A stretch of 64,000 bases of DNA from Clostridia bacterium (GCA_030524345.1 JAUNGP010000001.1:130191-194190), one strand, 5' to 3'; shown: positions 27,435 through 38,003, counted from the stretch's first letter. The notes: a model not told the origin generated them from the letters alone. Numbers and translations: made by a program.

Positions 27435-28748
27435 TTATTTCGATATCACTCTGGATACTACCATAAATTTATCATCAAGTAAGTTTAAAAATTCTTTTAT
27501 ATCTTTTACACTGATTTCATTTAAAGATTTAATATCCTGATAAATAGGAGTATCATCTAATATTGATTCTATGATTCTTCTATAACTAATATTTAAATTA
27601 TCGGCAGATGAAACAATACTACCTATTTTTTTTCTTTTGATAAGTTCAAATAATTCTTCATCAATATCCAAATTTTTTATTTCATTTATATACTTAATAA
27701 TGTCTTTCTCCAATTCATTTATTTTAGTCGTATAAGAACTTATTATGATATGTGAAAAATATTTACTTCCTTCATAATCAAAAGAAATTGGTTCTACAAT
27801 TTTTCCATCATTATACTCCTTCTCAAAAAACGGAGTTAGTTTTGAAAAAAACATATCGGATATCATATTACATATGACTTCTCTTTTTAATATTTCTTCT
27901 TTTGTTACCACATCCAATTTATAGCCAATACAAAGCTGTGGCATATGTATATCCATTTTTTGTTCTATTCTCTTCTCACATATTTGTCTATCTTCCAATT
28001 CAATATACTTTTCTATTTGGCTCTTTTCTGCTAAATTATCATAATCTTTCTCATATTTTTTAATATTATTCTCAATTCTTTGAACAGTTTTTTCTACATC
28101 CACATCACCAACTACTAGAAAAAACATATTTTGAGGGCTATAGAAAGTATTATAGCAAGTATATAACAACTCTTTGGTTATATGAGATATAGAATCTATT
28201 GTTCCTGCGATATCGATTCTGATAGGATGTGTTTTATACATTGCTCTAAGAGCATTAAAATATACCATAAAACCAGGATCATCATCATACATGCTAATTT
28301 CCTGACCAATAATTCCTTGCTCTTTTTCAACATTCTCGTCAGTAAAATAAGGTTCCTTTATGAGCTTAACTAACATATCTATCGAGTCATTAAATTTTTC
28401 TATTGTTTCAAAATAATATACTGTATGATCAAAAGAAGTATAAGCATTGGAAGATACACCCATCTTAGAAAATAAATCTAGAGCATTAGCTCCCTCTTTC
28501 TCAAATAATTTATGTTCTAAAAAATGAGCTATTCCATCTGGAACTTTAATTCTTTTATTAGTCTTTATATCAACAAATTCATTCATTAATGATCCATATT
28601 TAGTTCCATACATTCCTATTTTTTTACTAAATCCATCTTTTTTACATATATAAACAGTTAAACCATTTTTTAGTTTCGTAACATATGTTTTTTCTCCAAG
28701 TTCTAAAGACTCCTGTATTTCAAATTTATACATTAATTTCACCTCCAA
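27435..28748 (-). CDS. M16-family zinc peptidase (insulinase-like, active subunit, YmfH-like)
   Basis: HFLEHKLFE inverted zinc motif (HxxEH); about 430 aa; paired with a second M16 gene. Confidence 0.8.
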   Translation of the reverse strand: MEVKLMYKFEIQESLELGEKTYVTKLKNGLTVYICKKDGFSKKIGMYGTKYGSLMNEFVDIKTNKRIKVPDGIAHFLEHKLFEKEGANALDLFSKMGVSSNAYTSFDHTVYYFETIEKFNDSIDMLVKLIKEPYFTDENVEKEQGIIGQEISMYDDDPGFMVYFNALRAMYKTHPIRIDIAGTIDSISHITKELLYTCYNTFYSPQNMFFLVVGDVDVEKTVQRIENNIKKYEKDYDNLAEKSQIEKYIELEDRQICEKRIEQKMDIHMPQLCIGYKLDVVTKEEILKREVICNMISDMFFSKLTPFFEKEYNDGKIVEPISFDYEGSKYFSHIIISSYTTKINELEKDIIKYINEIKNLDIDEELFELIKRKKIGSIVSSADNLNISYRRIIESILDDTPIYQDIKSLNEISVKDIKEFLNLLDDKFMVVSRVISK

Positions 28749-29988
28749 GTAAAAATATTTTTTCAGGTTCTACTCTTTGAGCAACATCAACTACATCTTG
28801 CATTGTCACCTTTCTAATTTTTTCTCTCATATCTTCAATCGTCATATTCTCTTTTCCAAAAGAAATTGTATTTGACATTTTCATCTTAGAAATAGCTATT
28901 TTAGAGTCATTCCACTCTAATAAATCAGCCAATAAACTCTCTTTTGCAGATTCAAATTCTACATCCGTTATATTTCCTTGCTTCATATCTTCTACTTGCT
29001 TTAATATCAAATTCTTCGCCTTTTCATAATTTTCAAGTTGTATTCCAGCATAAATAACAAATATGGGCTTAAATCTATAATATCTTGATCTTACTGTATA
29101 AGCTAAAGATTCTTTTTCTCTAACATTTTGAAATAGTTTAGATGATGGTGTCCCTCCAAGTATTGTATTATATACATTAAATGCAAAATATTCCTCTATT
29201 TTAAAATCCTTTATTCTCATTCCAAGTGATAAAACACTTTGTGCTGTATCTTGAGTTTCTTTGATTTCTTCAATTCTATTAAATATATGATTTGTACATA
29301 CATCATAATTTAAGTTCTTTAATAAAATATCATGATTTAATTTTTCAGCAAACACGCTTTTTACTTCATCCTCTAGATTATCATATCCATCCAAATTTCC
29401 TGATAATAACACGACAACACATGATTGATTGATAACTTCATGATATCTTTTATATAATGCCTCAGCAGTTATTTGTTCAATAATGTCTTCATCTCCATAT
29501 AAATTAAAGCCAAACGCTTCGTCTGGACATAAAATTTCTTCCATTCTTTGTACAGAATATCTTAGTTTATCATCTTTTCTTGTTTTTATAATATCTAAGA
29601 TTGCTAGTTTTTCCCTTAAAACAATACTCTCATCAAACTTTCCATTCACTAAATATGGATGATAAATAATATCATATAAAAAATGAATACAATCTTTTGA
29701 CACATCAATATTTTTAGGTAAGAATTTCTTATTAACAAACTCTATTCTAAATTCGATATTATATAGATCTCCTAACTTTTCAATATTTACATTAAAATCT
29801 GCTCCATAGAGACTATATAAATGTCTCTCTATTTCTTTTTGAGATCGATATTTATCACACGCCTTACCTAGTACTGATCCAAGTACTGAATTTTGTGAAT
29901 TCTCTACTCTATTTACAGGCATTATAAAGTTATAAGATAAATATACACTCTTAAACTTTTCATCATTAATCTTATAAATATTTGACAT
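28726..29988 (-). CDS. M16-family peptidase-like protein (non-catalytic partner, YmfF-like)
   Basis: 420 aa with M16 fold-like sequence but no HxxEH motif. Overlaps the downstream M16 gene by 23 nt. Confidence 0.7.
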   Translation of the reverse strand: MSNIYKINDEKFKSVYLSYNFIMPVNRVENSQNSVLGSVLGKACDKYRSQKEIERHLYSLYGADFNVNIEKLGDLYNIEFRIEFVNKKFLPKNIDVSKDCIHFLYDIIYHPYLVNGKFDESIVLREKLAILDIIKTRKDDKLRYSVQRMEEILCPDEAFGFNLYGDEDIIEQITAEALYKRYHEVINQSCVVVLLSGNLDGYDNLEDEVKSVFAEKLNHDILLKNLNYDVCTNHIFNRIEEIKETQDTAQSVLSLGMRIKDFKIEEYFAFNVYNTILGGTPSSKLFQNVREKESLAYTVRSRYYRFKPIFVIYAGIQLENYEKAKNLILKQVEDMKQGNITDVEFESAKESLLADLLEWNDSKIAISKMKMSNTISFGKENMTIEDMREKIRKVTMQDVVDVAQRVEPEKIFLLGGEINV

Positions 29989-30101
29989 TTCATACCTCCT
30001 AATACAATCAATTATTTTAAAGCAATCTAATTATATCATCTAATAAATTATCTGTAAATATTTTTTTCTTTAATTTACCGGCTTTTCATCTACAAAATTC
30101 G

Positions 30102-30131
30102 TAAAAAAATAACCAAGTTAAACTTGGTTAT
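30102..30131 (-). terminator. rho-independent terminator after the yqeY-like gene
   Basis: ATAACCAAG-loop-CTTGGTTAT followed by T7 on the minus strand. Confidence 0.7.
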
Positions 30132-30134
30132 CAT

Positions 30135-30575
30135 TTATTGATTGAGCTTTTCTTTTACTATCTCACTAACTACTTTTCCATCAGCTTTTCCAGCAATTTT
30201 AGCTCTCAAATCTTGCATTACTTTTCCCATATCTCGTGGTGAAGTAGCACCAACATTTTTGATTGCCCCATCAACTAATTGATGTATTTCTTCTACTGTT
30301 AATTGCTTTGGTAAATATTTACTTAATATTTCAATTTCTTTATTTAAGTCCGCTATAATATCATCTCTTCCCGCTTTTTCATAATCACCAATGGAATCTT
30401 TTCTTTTTTTAACTTCTTTTGCAACTATTCCTACAATCTCTTCATCACTAAGTTCTTTTTGTGTATCCTTTTCTACTTGAAGAATTGCTGATCTAAGTAG
30501 AGTAATTGTATTTTTCCTAATAATATCTTTATCTCTCATCGCTTCTTTTAATTCTTGTAATAATTCCTCTTTCAT
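30135..30575 (-). CDS. yqeY: GatB/YqeY domain protein
   Basis: 146 aa; MKEELLQELKEAMRDKD...LPKQLTVEEI...GKADGKVVSEIVKEKL is typical of YqeY. Confidence 0.85.
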   Translation of the reverse strand: MKEELLQELKEAMRDKDIIRKNTITLLRSAILQVEKDTQKELSDEEIVGIVAKEVKKRKDSIGDYEKAGRDDIIADLNKEIEILSKYLPKQLTVEEIHQLVDGAIKNVGATSPRDMGKVMQDLRAKIAGKADGKVVSEIVKEKLNQ

Positions 30576-30590
30576 TCTTATTCATTCCTT

Positions 30591-31709
30591 TCACTCATTT
30601 TCTTTTTTATTTTCTACTTCTTGTGTAAAATTTTTATTTACAGTATCATCAACTTTTGGATGCTCTTTTTGATGTTTAATACTAATAAGCCCAAATATAA
30701 TGAAACAAACTGACATAAGTATTAAAATAATAAGTTTCCAAAAATCTGCAGATATTATTGACACTGCTATAATACATAGCATACTTGTTATCGTATAAAG
30801 TATAAGAACGGCTTGTCTTTGTGAAAATCCTCTTTTTATCAATCTATGGTGAATATGCGCACCATCTGGTTTCAGTGGAGGTTGGCCTTTTAAAATTCTT
30901 CTAATCATAGCAAATAATGTATCAAATATTGGAACCCCAAGCACAAGAACTGGCGCTACAATAGCAAGCATAGTGTATCCTTTGGCAAACCCTAAAATAG
31001 AAACAATGGACATTGTAAAACCTAAAAAGTTTGAACTACAATCTCCCATAAAAGTTTTTGCTGGATTAAAATTATAAGGTAAAAAGCCCAGTGTTGCGCC
31101 AACTAAGGCTGCTGTAATAATAATTGCTTCTAAACTTGCTGAAGTTGCTATAAATACAATTAAAAGTGCTGTTGCAGCGATAGAGCAAATTCCTGCTGCA
31201 AGTCCATCTAATCCATCTATTAGATTCATTGCATTAGTAATAGATATTACCCAAATCATTGTGAGTAAAAAGTCTACCCATTCTGATAAATTTATAGTAT
31301 CAATATTAAAAAATGGAACATTAATTACTGAAATTCTTATCCCAAAATAATATACTGTGATGCCTGCAGCCAGTTGAAAAAAGAATTTATATTTTGGCCT
31401 TAAGTTCCAAATATCATCTATCAGTCCCATGACAAATATAATCAGTCCACCTATCACAAATCCTAAAAATTTTCTATTTAGAGCGATAGAAGGGATGTTT
31501 CTTGTGATAAGATAATAAATCGTGAGCCCTAACAAAGTTGAAATAACAATTGCAATCCCACCACATCTTGGCATGGGTTTAGAATGTACTCGTCTACTAT
31601 CTTTAGGAATATCAACAAGATTATATTTTTTGCACATTTGGATCACTATTGGTGTAAGTATTAAACAACAAATACAAGTTATAATTGATATCGTATATAC
31701 TATTGCCAT
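30591..31709 (-). CDS. tagO: MraY/WecA-family undecaprenyl-phosphate N-acetylhexosamine-1-phosphate transferase (TagO-like)
   Basis: Polytopic membrane protein with NAMNLIDGLDGLAAG and GDCSSNFLGF motifs. Confidence 0.8.
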   Translation of the reverse strand: MAIVYTISIITCICCLILTPIVIQMCKKYNLVDIPKDSRRVHSKPMPRCGGIAIVISTLLGLTIYYLITRNIPSIALNRKFLGFVIGGLIIFVMGLIDDIWNLRPKYKFFFQLAAGITVYYFGIRISVINVPFFNIDTINLSEWVDFLLTMIWVISITNAMNLIDGLDGLAAGICSIAATALLIVFIATSASLEAIIITAALVGATLGFLPYNFNPAKTFMGDCSSNFLGFTMSIVSILGFAKGYTMLAIVAPVLVLGVPIFDTLFAMIRRILKGQPPLKPDGAHIHHRLIKRGFSQRQAVLILYTITSMLCIIAVSIISADFWKLIILILMSVCFIIFGLISIKHQKEHPKVDDTVNKNFTQEVENKKENE

Positions 31710-31711
31710 AC

Positions 31712-32179
31712 TTATCTACCATCCTTTAAATATATATTTTCTAGTTCTTTTATTTTTTTCAGTCTTCTTTCATGTCTGCCACCATCATAAAAATGATTAA
31801 TAAAAGAATCTACAATAGATATTACATTATCAGTTCTCTCAGAATTTTTTAATCTTGCGCCTAAGCATAAAACATTTGCATTGTTATCTTTTCTTGCCAT
31901 TTCAGCCATATATTCGTTTGTACAAGTGGCAGCTCTGATTCCTCTTATTTTATTACTTGCAATAGAGATTCCTATACCTGTTCCACAAATAGCAATTCCT
32001 AAATTATTATTTTTTTCCAAAACTTTTGTACAAATGATTCTTGCAATATCTGGATAATCATCTCCTTCTTGATTTTCAAAATTAGTAACATCTGCATATT
32101 CTATTTTGTTCTCATAAAGATATGATATAATTTTCTTCTTTAATTCAATACCAGTATGATCTGAACCAATAATTATCAT
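31712..32179 (-). CDS. rpiB: ribose-5-phosphate isomerase B
   Basis: MIIIGSDHTGIELKK N-terminus and ICGTGIGISIASNK. The ATG at 32179 behind AAAGGAAG is preferred to the track start at 32209. Confidence 0.88.
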   Translation of the reverse strand: MIIIGSDHTGIELKKKIISYLYENKIEYADVTNFENQEGDDYPDIARIICTKVLEKNNNLGIAICGTGIGISIASNKIRGIRAATCTNEYMAEMARKDNNANVLCLGARLKNSERTDNVISIVDSFINHFYDGGRHERRLKKIKELENIYLKDGR

Positions 32180-32195
32180 AAGTTTTTCACTTCCT

Positions 32196-32651
32196 TTAAA
32201 ATTTTTCAAGTAACTTATCCACGTAATGAACTATTTCTTCTGCGCATCTTTCATATTCATCCAAGCCATATCCCCATGGATCTTTAGTATCTATATCTGA
32301 AGTATTTTGATTAATATACTCTTTTAATGTATATACTTTTTCTTTGATATCAGGAAAAATATACAAAATAGCTTGTTTGTGTTGCAGAGTCATACAAATA
32401 ATCAAATCATAATCTTTTATATTTACATCATAAATATTGGTTGCTCTATGACATTGAAGAGAAACACCATATTTTTCCATAACAGTGATTGCATGACTTG
32501 TAGATTTCTCTCCATTATTTGCATATATTCCACAAGAATCAATTAAATAATTATTTTGTACTCCTAAGTCTTTTACTCTTTTTTGCATATAATGATGTGC
32601 CATAGCACTTCTACAAATATTTCCAGTGCAAACAAACAGTATTTTTTTCAT
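32196..32651 (-). CDS. low-molecular-weight protein phosphatase (Tyr/Arg phosphatase, YwlE-like)
   Basis: Active-site loop ILFVCTGNICRSAMA; DP motif near the C-terminus (DTKDPWG). Confidence 0.88.
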   Translation of the reverse strand: MKKILFVCTGNICRSAMAHHYMQKRVKDLGVQNNYLIDSCGIYANNGEKSTSHAITVMEKYGVSLQCHRATNIYDVNIKDYDLIICMTLQHKQAILYIFPDIKEKVYTLKEYINQNTSDIDTKDPWGYGLDEYERCAEEIVHYVDKLLEKF

Positions 32652-32716
32652 CGTATAATAAACTCCTTCATTATGTGTATAATATTATCATATTTAAATA
32701 TTAAAGTCAATTCAAT

Positions 32717-33445
32717 TTATAGTTTTGTAATCATTGCAGATAGTAATATACCAAGTATAAAAGAAAAAGAAAGCAAGTGTGAATTTGTATTTTCTCCATC
32801 AGTTGGAATAAATGTTTTTGTAACTATATATAACATTGCTCCAGAACTAACTGACAAAGAAAGACTTGTATATAAATCAGATATACTGCCAAAAAAGATT
32901 CCTATAAAGATTCCAATCCCTGAAAAAATTCCAACTATAAAACTATTTTTGACTAAATCATATTTACTTTTACCACTATCTAAATTGGCCACTCCGACTA
33001 TCATTCCTTCTGGAATATCATGTAGAAACATAGCTAAAAATATCGTAATTCCTAATGAAAACGAATATTCTAAACTTGCACCTACTGCTATTCCTTCGAT
33101 AATATTGTGAAAAGCCATGGAAAAGATAATAAGTATTAACTTATGAAATTTATTGTTTTTACTTCTTTTTAAAATGACTAAATCTATAAAAAAAATGAAA
33201 AAAGTTCCTAATATAATTCCTAATAAAGTAATCATGATTCCTGATATCTGTATACTCTCTGGTATCATGCTAATACATACAATTCCTACCATGATTCCTG
33301 AAACAAATTCATATAAACAATTAATTCTATTTACACTCTTTATTTTGATAAAAAATGGTATTGCACCTCCTATTAAACTACTGAAAATTCCAAGAACACT
33401 CATAAATAAAGCATTGAAAAACATAAAAACACCTCTTAAACACAT
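32717..33445 (-). CDS. ZIP-family divalent metal (zinc) transporter
   Basis: Polytopic. HNIIEGIAVGASL and LHDIPEGMIVG signature helices. Confidence 0.8.
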   Translation of the reverse strand: MCLRGVFMFFNALFMSVLGIFSSLIGGAIPFFIKIKSVNRINCLYEFVSGIMVGIVCISMIPESIQISGIMITLLGIILGTFFIFFIDLVILKRSKNNKFHKLILIIFSMAFHNIIEGIAVGASLEYSFSLGITIFLAMFLHDIPEGMIVGVANLDSGKSKYDLVKNSFIVGIFSGIGIFIGIFFGSISDLYTSLSLSVSSGAMLYIVTKTFIPTDGENTNSHLLSFSFILGILLSAMITKL

Positions 33446-33470
33446 TCATATGTTTAAAAGGTGTCTTATA

Positions 33471-34289
33471 TCACTTTGCTTTAGTCATTTTTGCACAGAT
33501 TTTTGTTCCTCTTTTCTGACCAGTAAAATTGAGCTTCTTTATCTTTTTATCACTAATCTTTAATTCAATTCTCTTTATCTCATCTATATCTTCAATTTCT
33601 GGTAAATCTTTAAAATCGAATAATACATTCATCTTTCCAAAACTATTTAATATATCGATGTTAAAACATGAATGAATCAGTGGGTTAGAAATAAATATAC
33701 CAGTTTTACTATTACTGATTGCAAGATTAAAAGAAGCAATTAACAATGGGTATTCATCAAGCATGATTGGTCCAAAGTTACTCTTATTGATGCCTGTAGA
33801 CCCAGTAGAAGTAGAAACAAACATATTTGAGACTGACATTTCCTGTGAAAAGCCATTATCAGTACTAATTCTAAGATCAATACGCGAAAGATTATTTCCA
33901 AGAAACGTTACTTCATTTGTAGCATAAAGCGTTAATACTTCTTTTCTCTTATAAAAATGAAATTTGGCCTCTAATAAATTTATATATTCAATATTTAAAT
34001 CCTCCTCTGAGGTTTCAACCAAATATCTAATTAATTCCTCAATCTGAGTATTTGAAATATCCAATAAATATCCCAGATTTCCAAAATTGATGCCCACACA
34101 AAGAATATCTGAACTATAGCCAATTTGTTTACATGCATCTAAAAATGTTCCGTCTCCTCCAAGAATTAAAACAAAATCCGGATCTTTTTCTACTCTTACA
34201 AAGCCTGCTTGTTCAAATTGATAGACTATATAATCTACAACTTTTTTGGTCCGCTCATAATCGTTATTCACTACAATAAATTTTTGCAT
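33471..34289 (-). CDS. nadK: NAD kinase
   Basis: DFVLILGGDGTFL motif. The ATG at 34289 behind AAGGAGG is preferred to the track start at 34343. Confidence 0.85.
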   Translation of the reverse strand: MQKFIVVNNDYERTKKVVDYIVYQFEQAGFVRVEKDPDFVLILGGDGTFLDACKQIGYSSDILCVGINFGNLGYLLDISNTQIEELIRYLVETSEEDLNIEYINLLEAKFHFYKRKEVLTLYATNEVTFLGNNLSRIDLRISTDNGFSQEMSVSNMFVSTSTGSTGINKSNFGPIMLDEYPLLIASFNLAISNSKTGIFISNPLIHSCFNIDILNSFGKMNVLFDFKDLPEIEDIDEIKRIELKISDKKIKKLNFTGQKRGTKICAKMTKAK

Positions 34290-34432
34290 ATTGCGCCTCC
34301 TTAAATTATTAATTTGGTAAATTTTTTCTATATATTTTACCATAAATTTCTCAAAAAAACAAGAATATACAACATTGTATGTTACTTTTTCAAATTTTAT
34401 GTTATAATAAATAGAAATAAAGGAGGTATATC

Positions 34433-34966
34433 ATGAAAGAATTATTAAAGAAATTTGCAAAATCTTCACTTGTCATTTCACTAGCTCTGATCATCCTTGC
34501 ATTATTTCTAATATTTAAACCAACAGAATCATTAAACTTCATAGTTATAGTTGTTGGTATTATATTAGCGATTGTAGGCTTAATACATACAATCTCCTAT
34601 TTTTCGGCTTCAAAAGAATTTAAATCTTTAAGCTTTGAACTAATCCAAGGAATTGTACTAATCTCTGTAGGTATTATATTTATTATTAAACCTAATCTTA
34701 TCAACGAATTTTTAGCTAGTTTAGTTGGTGCATGGATCATCATACAAAGTATTATACGTTTTCAATTTGCTTTTAATTTAAAAGCTATTGAAAATAAAAA
34801 CTGGTCATTAATGCTTATATTATCAATTGTAACTTTTATACTTGGAATCATTATTATATTTAATCCATTTGCAACACTTGTTGCAGTCACAACAATATCT
34901 GGTGTAATGTTACTGATATCTGAAATTATTAATGTTCTTGAATCTATATCACTATTAAGATTATAG
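34433..34966 (+). CDS. HdeD/DUF308-family membrane protein
   Basis: 177 aa with six regularly spaced TM helices and AGGAGG RBS. Hairpin terminator at about 34968-35008. Confidence 0.55.
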   Translation: MKELLKKFAKSSLVISLALIILALFLIFKPTESLNFIVIVVGIILAIVGLIHTISYFSASKEFKSLSFELIQGIVLISVGIIFIIKPNLINEFLASLVGAWIIIQSIIRFQFAFNLKAIENKNWSLMLILSIVTFILGIIIIFNPFATLVAVTTISGVMLLISEIINVLESISLLRL

Positions 34967-34987
34967 AAAGGAATGATCTTCTGGTTA

Positions 34988-35300
34988 TACCAAAAGATCA
35001 TTCTTTGTTATATTTATATGTTCCTGCGTTTCAATTTGTTTTTTATTTAATTGCTTTTCTTCATATAATTCATTATTATGCTTCATCACTAAAATTCTTT
35101 TAACAGACTCATTGATTCTTTCCTCTATTATCATATCATGATCAATTCAATTTTCTATTACATCAATCATTAGACATTAAAATAATATCTATTCCAGCAT
35201 TAATTGCATAGCTACATATTTCTTTTTCAGTATAATTATCTGATATTACTTTACAACTATTTCAATAATGATTTTTAACATCTGTACATATTTTAAGAAA
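34988..35300 (-). pseudogene. remnant of the C-terminal end of a GH3 beta-N-acetylhexosaminidase-like gene
   Basis: Minus-strand reading gives VISDNYTEKEICSYAINAGIDIILMSND, then after a frameshift IDVIEN(TGA)IDHDMIIEERINESVKRILVMKHNNELYEEK. This matches the AG-D-LLM and ERI-ESV-RIL-K motifs of GH3 enzymes. No N-terminal catalytic part remains. Confidence 0.45.
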
Positions 35301-35334
35301 AAGACAATAGACCTTAAGATCTATTGTCCTGATT

Positions 35335-35424
35335 TGGCGGAGAAGGAGGGGTTCGAACCCTCGCGCCCCGATTGAGACCTAACAGTTTAGCAAACTGTCC
35401 CCTTCACCACTTGGGTACTTCTCC
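35335..35424 (-). tRNA. tRNA-Ser (anticodon GCT), CCA encoded
   Basis: Acceptor GGAGAAG/CTTCTCC, anticodon loop TTGCTAA, long variable arm, T-loop TTCGAAC. Hairpin plus T-run downstream at about 35300-35330. Confidence 0.9.
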
Positions 35425-35532
35425 ATAACTGTTTTCAATTATAATATATTTTTTTTTACATGTCAAGTAATTTTTCCAATTTAAAGAATAATATAATATA
35501 AAAAGCGCTCTATCAAAGCGCTTTTCATTATT

Positions 35533-35621
35533 TGGCGGAAGAGGTAGGATTCGAACCCACGGTACCTTTCGATATCACCAGTTTTCAAGACTGGCTCCTT
35601 AAACCACTCGGACACTCTTCC
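35533..35621 (-). tRNA. tRNA-Ser (anticodon TGA), CCA encoded
   Basis: Acceptor GGAAGAG/CTCTTCC, anticodon loop CTTGAAA, long variable arm, T-loop TTCGAAT. Hairpin AAAAGCGCT-loop-AGCGCTTTT at about 35503-35527. Confidence 0.9.
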
Positions 35622-35729
35622 ATATATGGTACGCTTATTATTATATCATTTTTTTTAAGTTTGTCAATATATGTTTTTAAATTTTAATAAAAAAAGAAGA
35701 GAATATTGATTCTCTCCTGTGTTTTAAGG

Positions 35730-36191
35730 TTAAAGCAGATCTAATGCTCTGCTAATGAGATCCTGATATGGAACCCATTCGATTGCAGCCTCCTTCTTGT
35801 CATAACTACTCTGACAATTAAAATCTGCTTGCGGTATCAAAGCTTTTCCTCCTTTCGGTCTTTGTTCAAAACTAAGTGCACATCCGTGTGAAGTAAGTAG
35901 TTTACATTTTCCACCCCAAGACGGATCTATAACTTTGCCATTGACATTCATCACTCTAATAAACATGGTTATATATAACGCCATATCTTCAGAGATTTCG
36001 GCCCGAGGATCTCCTTCCCACCAATCTACAGAAAAATATCCAGTTTTTAATAATTTAAGAATGGACATCACATTAGGCTCTTCTCCCCGAAATACGTCTT
36101 CTGGCGATAGATGACACCCCATGCTTTTACAGCAACGTCCTCCACAAATACTGCAAATAGACTTGTTCTCATTATTTTTCATTTTCTCCAT
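35730..36191 (-). CDS. cysteine-cluster protein (YkgJ/UPF0153-like zinc/iron-chelating domain)
   Basis: CSICGGRCCKSMGCH near the N-terminus plus later Cys residues. Visibly higher G+C than neighbouring DNA. Confidence 0.4.
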   Translation of the reverse strand: MEKMKNNENKSICSICGGRCCKSMGCHLSPEDVFRGEEPNVMSILKLLKTGYFSVDWWEGDPRAEISEDMALYITMFIRVMNVNGKVIDPSWGGKCKLLTSHGCALSFEQRPKGGKALIPQADFNCQSSYDKKEAAIEWVPYQDLISRALDLL

Positions 36192-36350
36192 AATTCATTC
36201 CCTCCATTATTGAGAATTATACAATTATTCTATAATTATTATAAAAGTTATTTTACATAAAGTAAAATATGTCTTTTTGATACCACATATAACTCTGAAT
36301 TATATCAATAAAAAGCACTGTTTCTCATACTTAAAACAATGCTTTTTATA

Positions 36351-37229
36351 TTACATTTTTATATTAAATCTGTTAAGGAGATTTTCTAGACCTTCTTCAT
36401 CATCATACTCAATTACAAGTCTTTGATGTTTTTTATCAGTATCAAGTTTTACTTTATAGCCAAAATAATCCTTTAGCTTTTCTTCTAATTTCTGATAATA
36501 TATAGTTCTAGGTGGTTTTTTATCAGCTTTTCTTTTATAGTTATCATCGCCATATATTAATTTTTCTACTTCTCTAACAGTTAACTTTTTCTCAATAATC
36601 TTTTCGGCGATTTTTAATTGTTTCTCTTCATCTTCTATTGCAAGCAAAGCCCTTGCTTGTCCTTCTACCAATTTTCCTTGCAATACATAATCTAATATCT
36701 TATCTGGTAACTTTAAAAGTCTCATGATATTGGATACTGTTGGTAAACTCTTCCCTGTAATTTTTGCAACTTCTGTTTGACTATATCCATCAATGTCCAT
36801 AAGTTCTTTAATTGCTTTAGCAACTTCTACAATATTTAAATCTTCTCTTTGAATATTTTCAATCAACGCCACTTGTTTTTTCTTGGAATCTGTATAATCT
36901 TTTATGATTGCTGGTATATATTTTAATCCTGCATCTTTTGCAGCTCTCCAACGTCTTTCGCCTGCAACGATAGTATATCCATCTTCATTTTTTACTACCA
37001 AAATTGGTTGAATGACTCCATTTTCTTTTATAGAGCGAGTAAGTTCGGCTAGTTTTTCTTTATCAAATATCTTCCTTGGTTGATTTAACATTGGCTCTAC
37101 TTCGGTTATATTAAGTTCTACTACTTTATCTAATTCTTTTCCCTTTTTCTCTTTTTTGGTAACTTTCTCTATTTCCTCAGTATCTTCACCAAAAAAAGCG
37201 TTCAAACCTCTGCCTAATCCTTTTTGCAT
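36351..37229 (-). CDS. spo0J: chromosome partitioning protein ParB/Spo0J
   Basis: GLGRGLNAFF N-terminus, ParB box IQPILV...GERRWRAA, HTH QTEVAKITGKSLPTVSN. Confidence 0.93.
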   Translation of the reverse strand: MQKGLGRGLNAFFGEDTEEIEKVTKKEKKGKELDKVVELNITEVEPMLNQPRKIFDKEKLAELTRSIKENGVIQPILVVKNEDGYTIVAGERRWRAAKDAGLKYIPAIIKDYTDSKKKQVALIENIQREDLNIVEVAKAIKELMDIDGYSQTEVAKITGKSLPTVSNIMRLLKLPDKILDYVLQGKLVEGQARALLAIEDEEKQLKIAEKIIEKKLTVREVEKLIYGDDNYKRKADKKPPRTIYYQKLEEKLKDYFGYKVKLDTDKKHQRLVIEYDDEEGLENLLNRFNIKM

Positions 37230-37232
37230 ACA

Positions 37233-38003
37233 CTATTCCCCTTTCTCATTTAAAGTTATAAGCTCTTTTGCAAGCTTCTTGTATGTTTCTGCACCTTTTG
37301 AATCAGGATCATATAAACTAATTGGTAACCCATGACTTGGTGCCTCACTGAGCCTTATATTTCTTGGAATAATTGTCTGAAAAACCTTATTTCCAAAATA
37401 TTTTTCTACTTCCCTAGCAACTTGAGTGGACAAGTTAGTACGTGCATCAAACATGGTAAGTACTACTCCCTCAATTACAAGTTCCTTATTTAGATGCTTT
37501 TGAACAAGTTTAATTGTATTAATTAGTTGTCCCAATCCTTCTAAAGCATAATATTCACATTGTATTGGTACTAACACACTATCAGATGCAGTAAATGCAT
37601 TTAATGTAATAAGTCCAAGAGAAGGAGGACAATCTATCAATATGTAATCATATGCATCTCTAATCTCGTCTATTGCATTTTTCAGTCTTGTTTCCCTTGA
37701 TACCATTGATACTAGTTCAATTTCTGCTCCTGCTAAATTTATATTTGATGGACAAACATCCAATTTTTTTACTACAGTTGGTTGAAGAGTACTTTTAATC
37801 TGAACATCATCAACTAACACATTATATATTGATGTATCATCATGTGCCTCTACTCCAAGTCCACTGGTTGCACTTCCTTGTGGATCTATATCTATTAATA
37901 ATACTTTCTTTCCTTTTTGGGCAATACAGGCACTTAGATTAACTGCTGTAGTTGTTTTTCCGACTCCACCTTTTTGATTTGCTATTGATATTACCTTTGC
38001 CAT
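37233..38003 (-). CDS. soj: chromosome partitioning ATPase ParA/Soj
   Basis: Deviant Walker A IANQKGGVGKTTTAVNLS. 256 aa, immediately upstream of parB. Confidence 0.93.
   Translation of the reverse strand: MAKVISIANQKGGVGKTTTAVNLSACIAQKGKKVLLIDIDPQGSATSGLGVEAHDDTSIYNVLVDDVQIKSTLQPTVVKKLDVCPSNINLAGAEIELVSMVSRETRLKNAIDEIRDAYDYILIDCPPSLGLITLNAFTASDSVLVPIQCEYYALEGLGQLINTIKLVQKHLNKELVIEGVVLTMFDARTNLSTQVAREVEKYFGNKVFQTIIPRNIRLSEAPSHGLPISLYDPDSKGAETYKKLAKELITLNEKGE

Noticed and set aside
32583-33563. Plus-strand ORFs 32583-33110 (175 aa) and 33153-33563 (136 aa)
   Set aside because: They are antisense to the ZIP transporter, the phosphatase and nadK, all of which carry clear family motifs. Long shadow ORFs are expected opposite hydrophobic membrane genes in AT-rich DNA.
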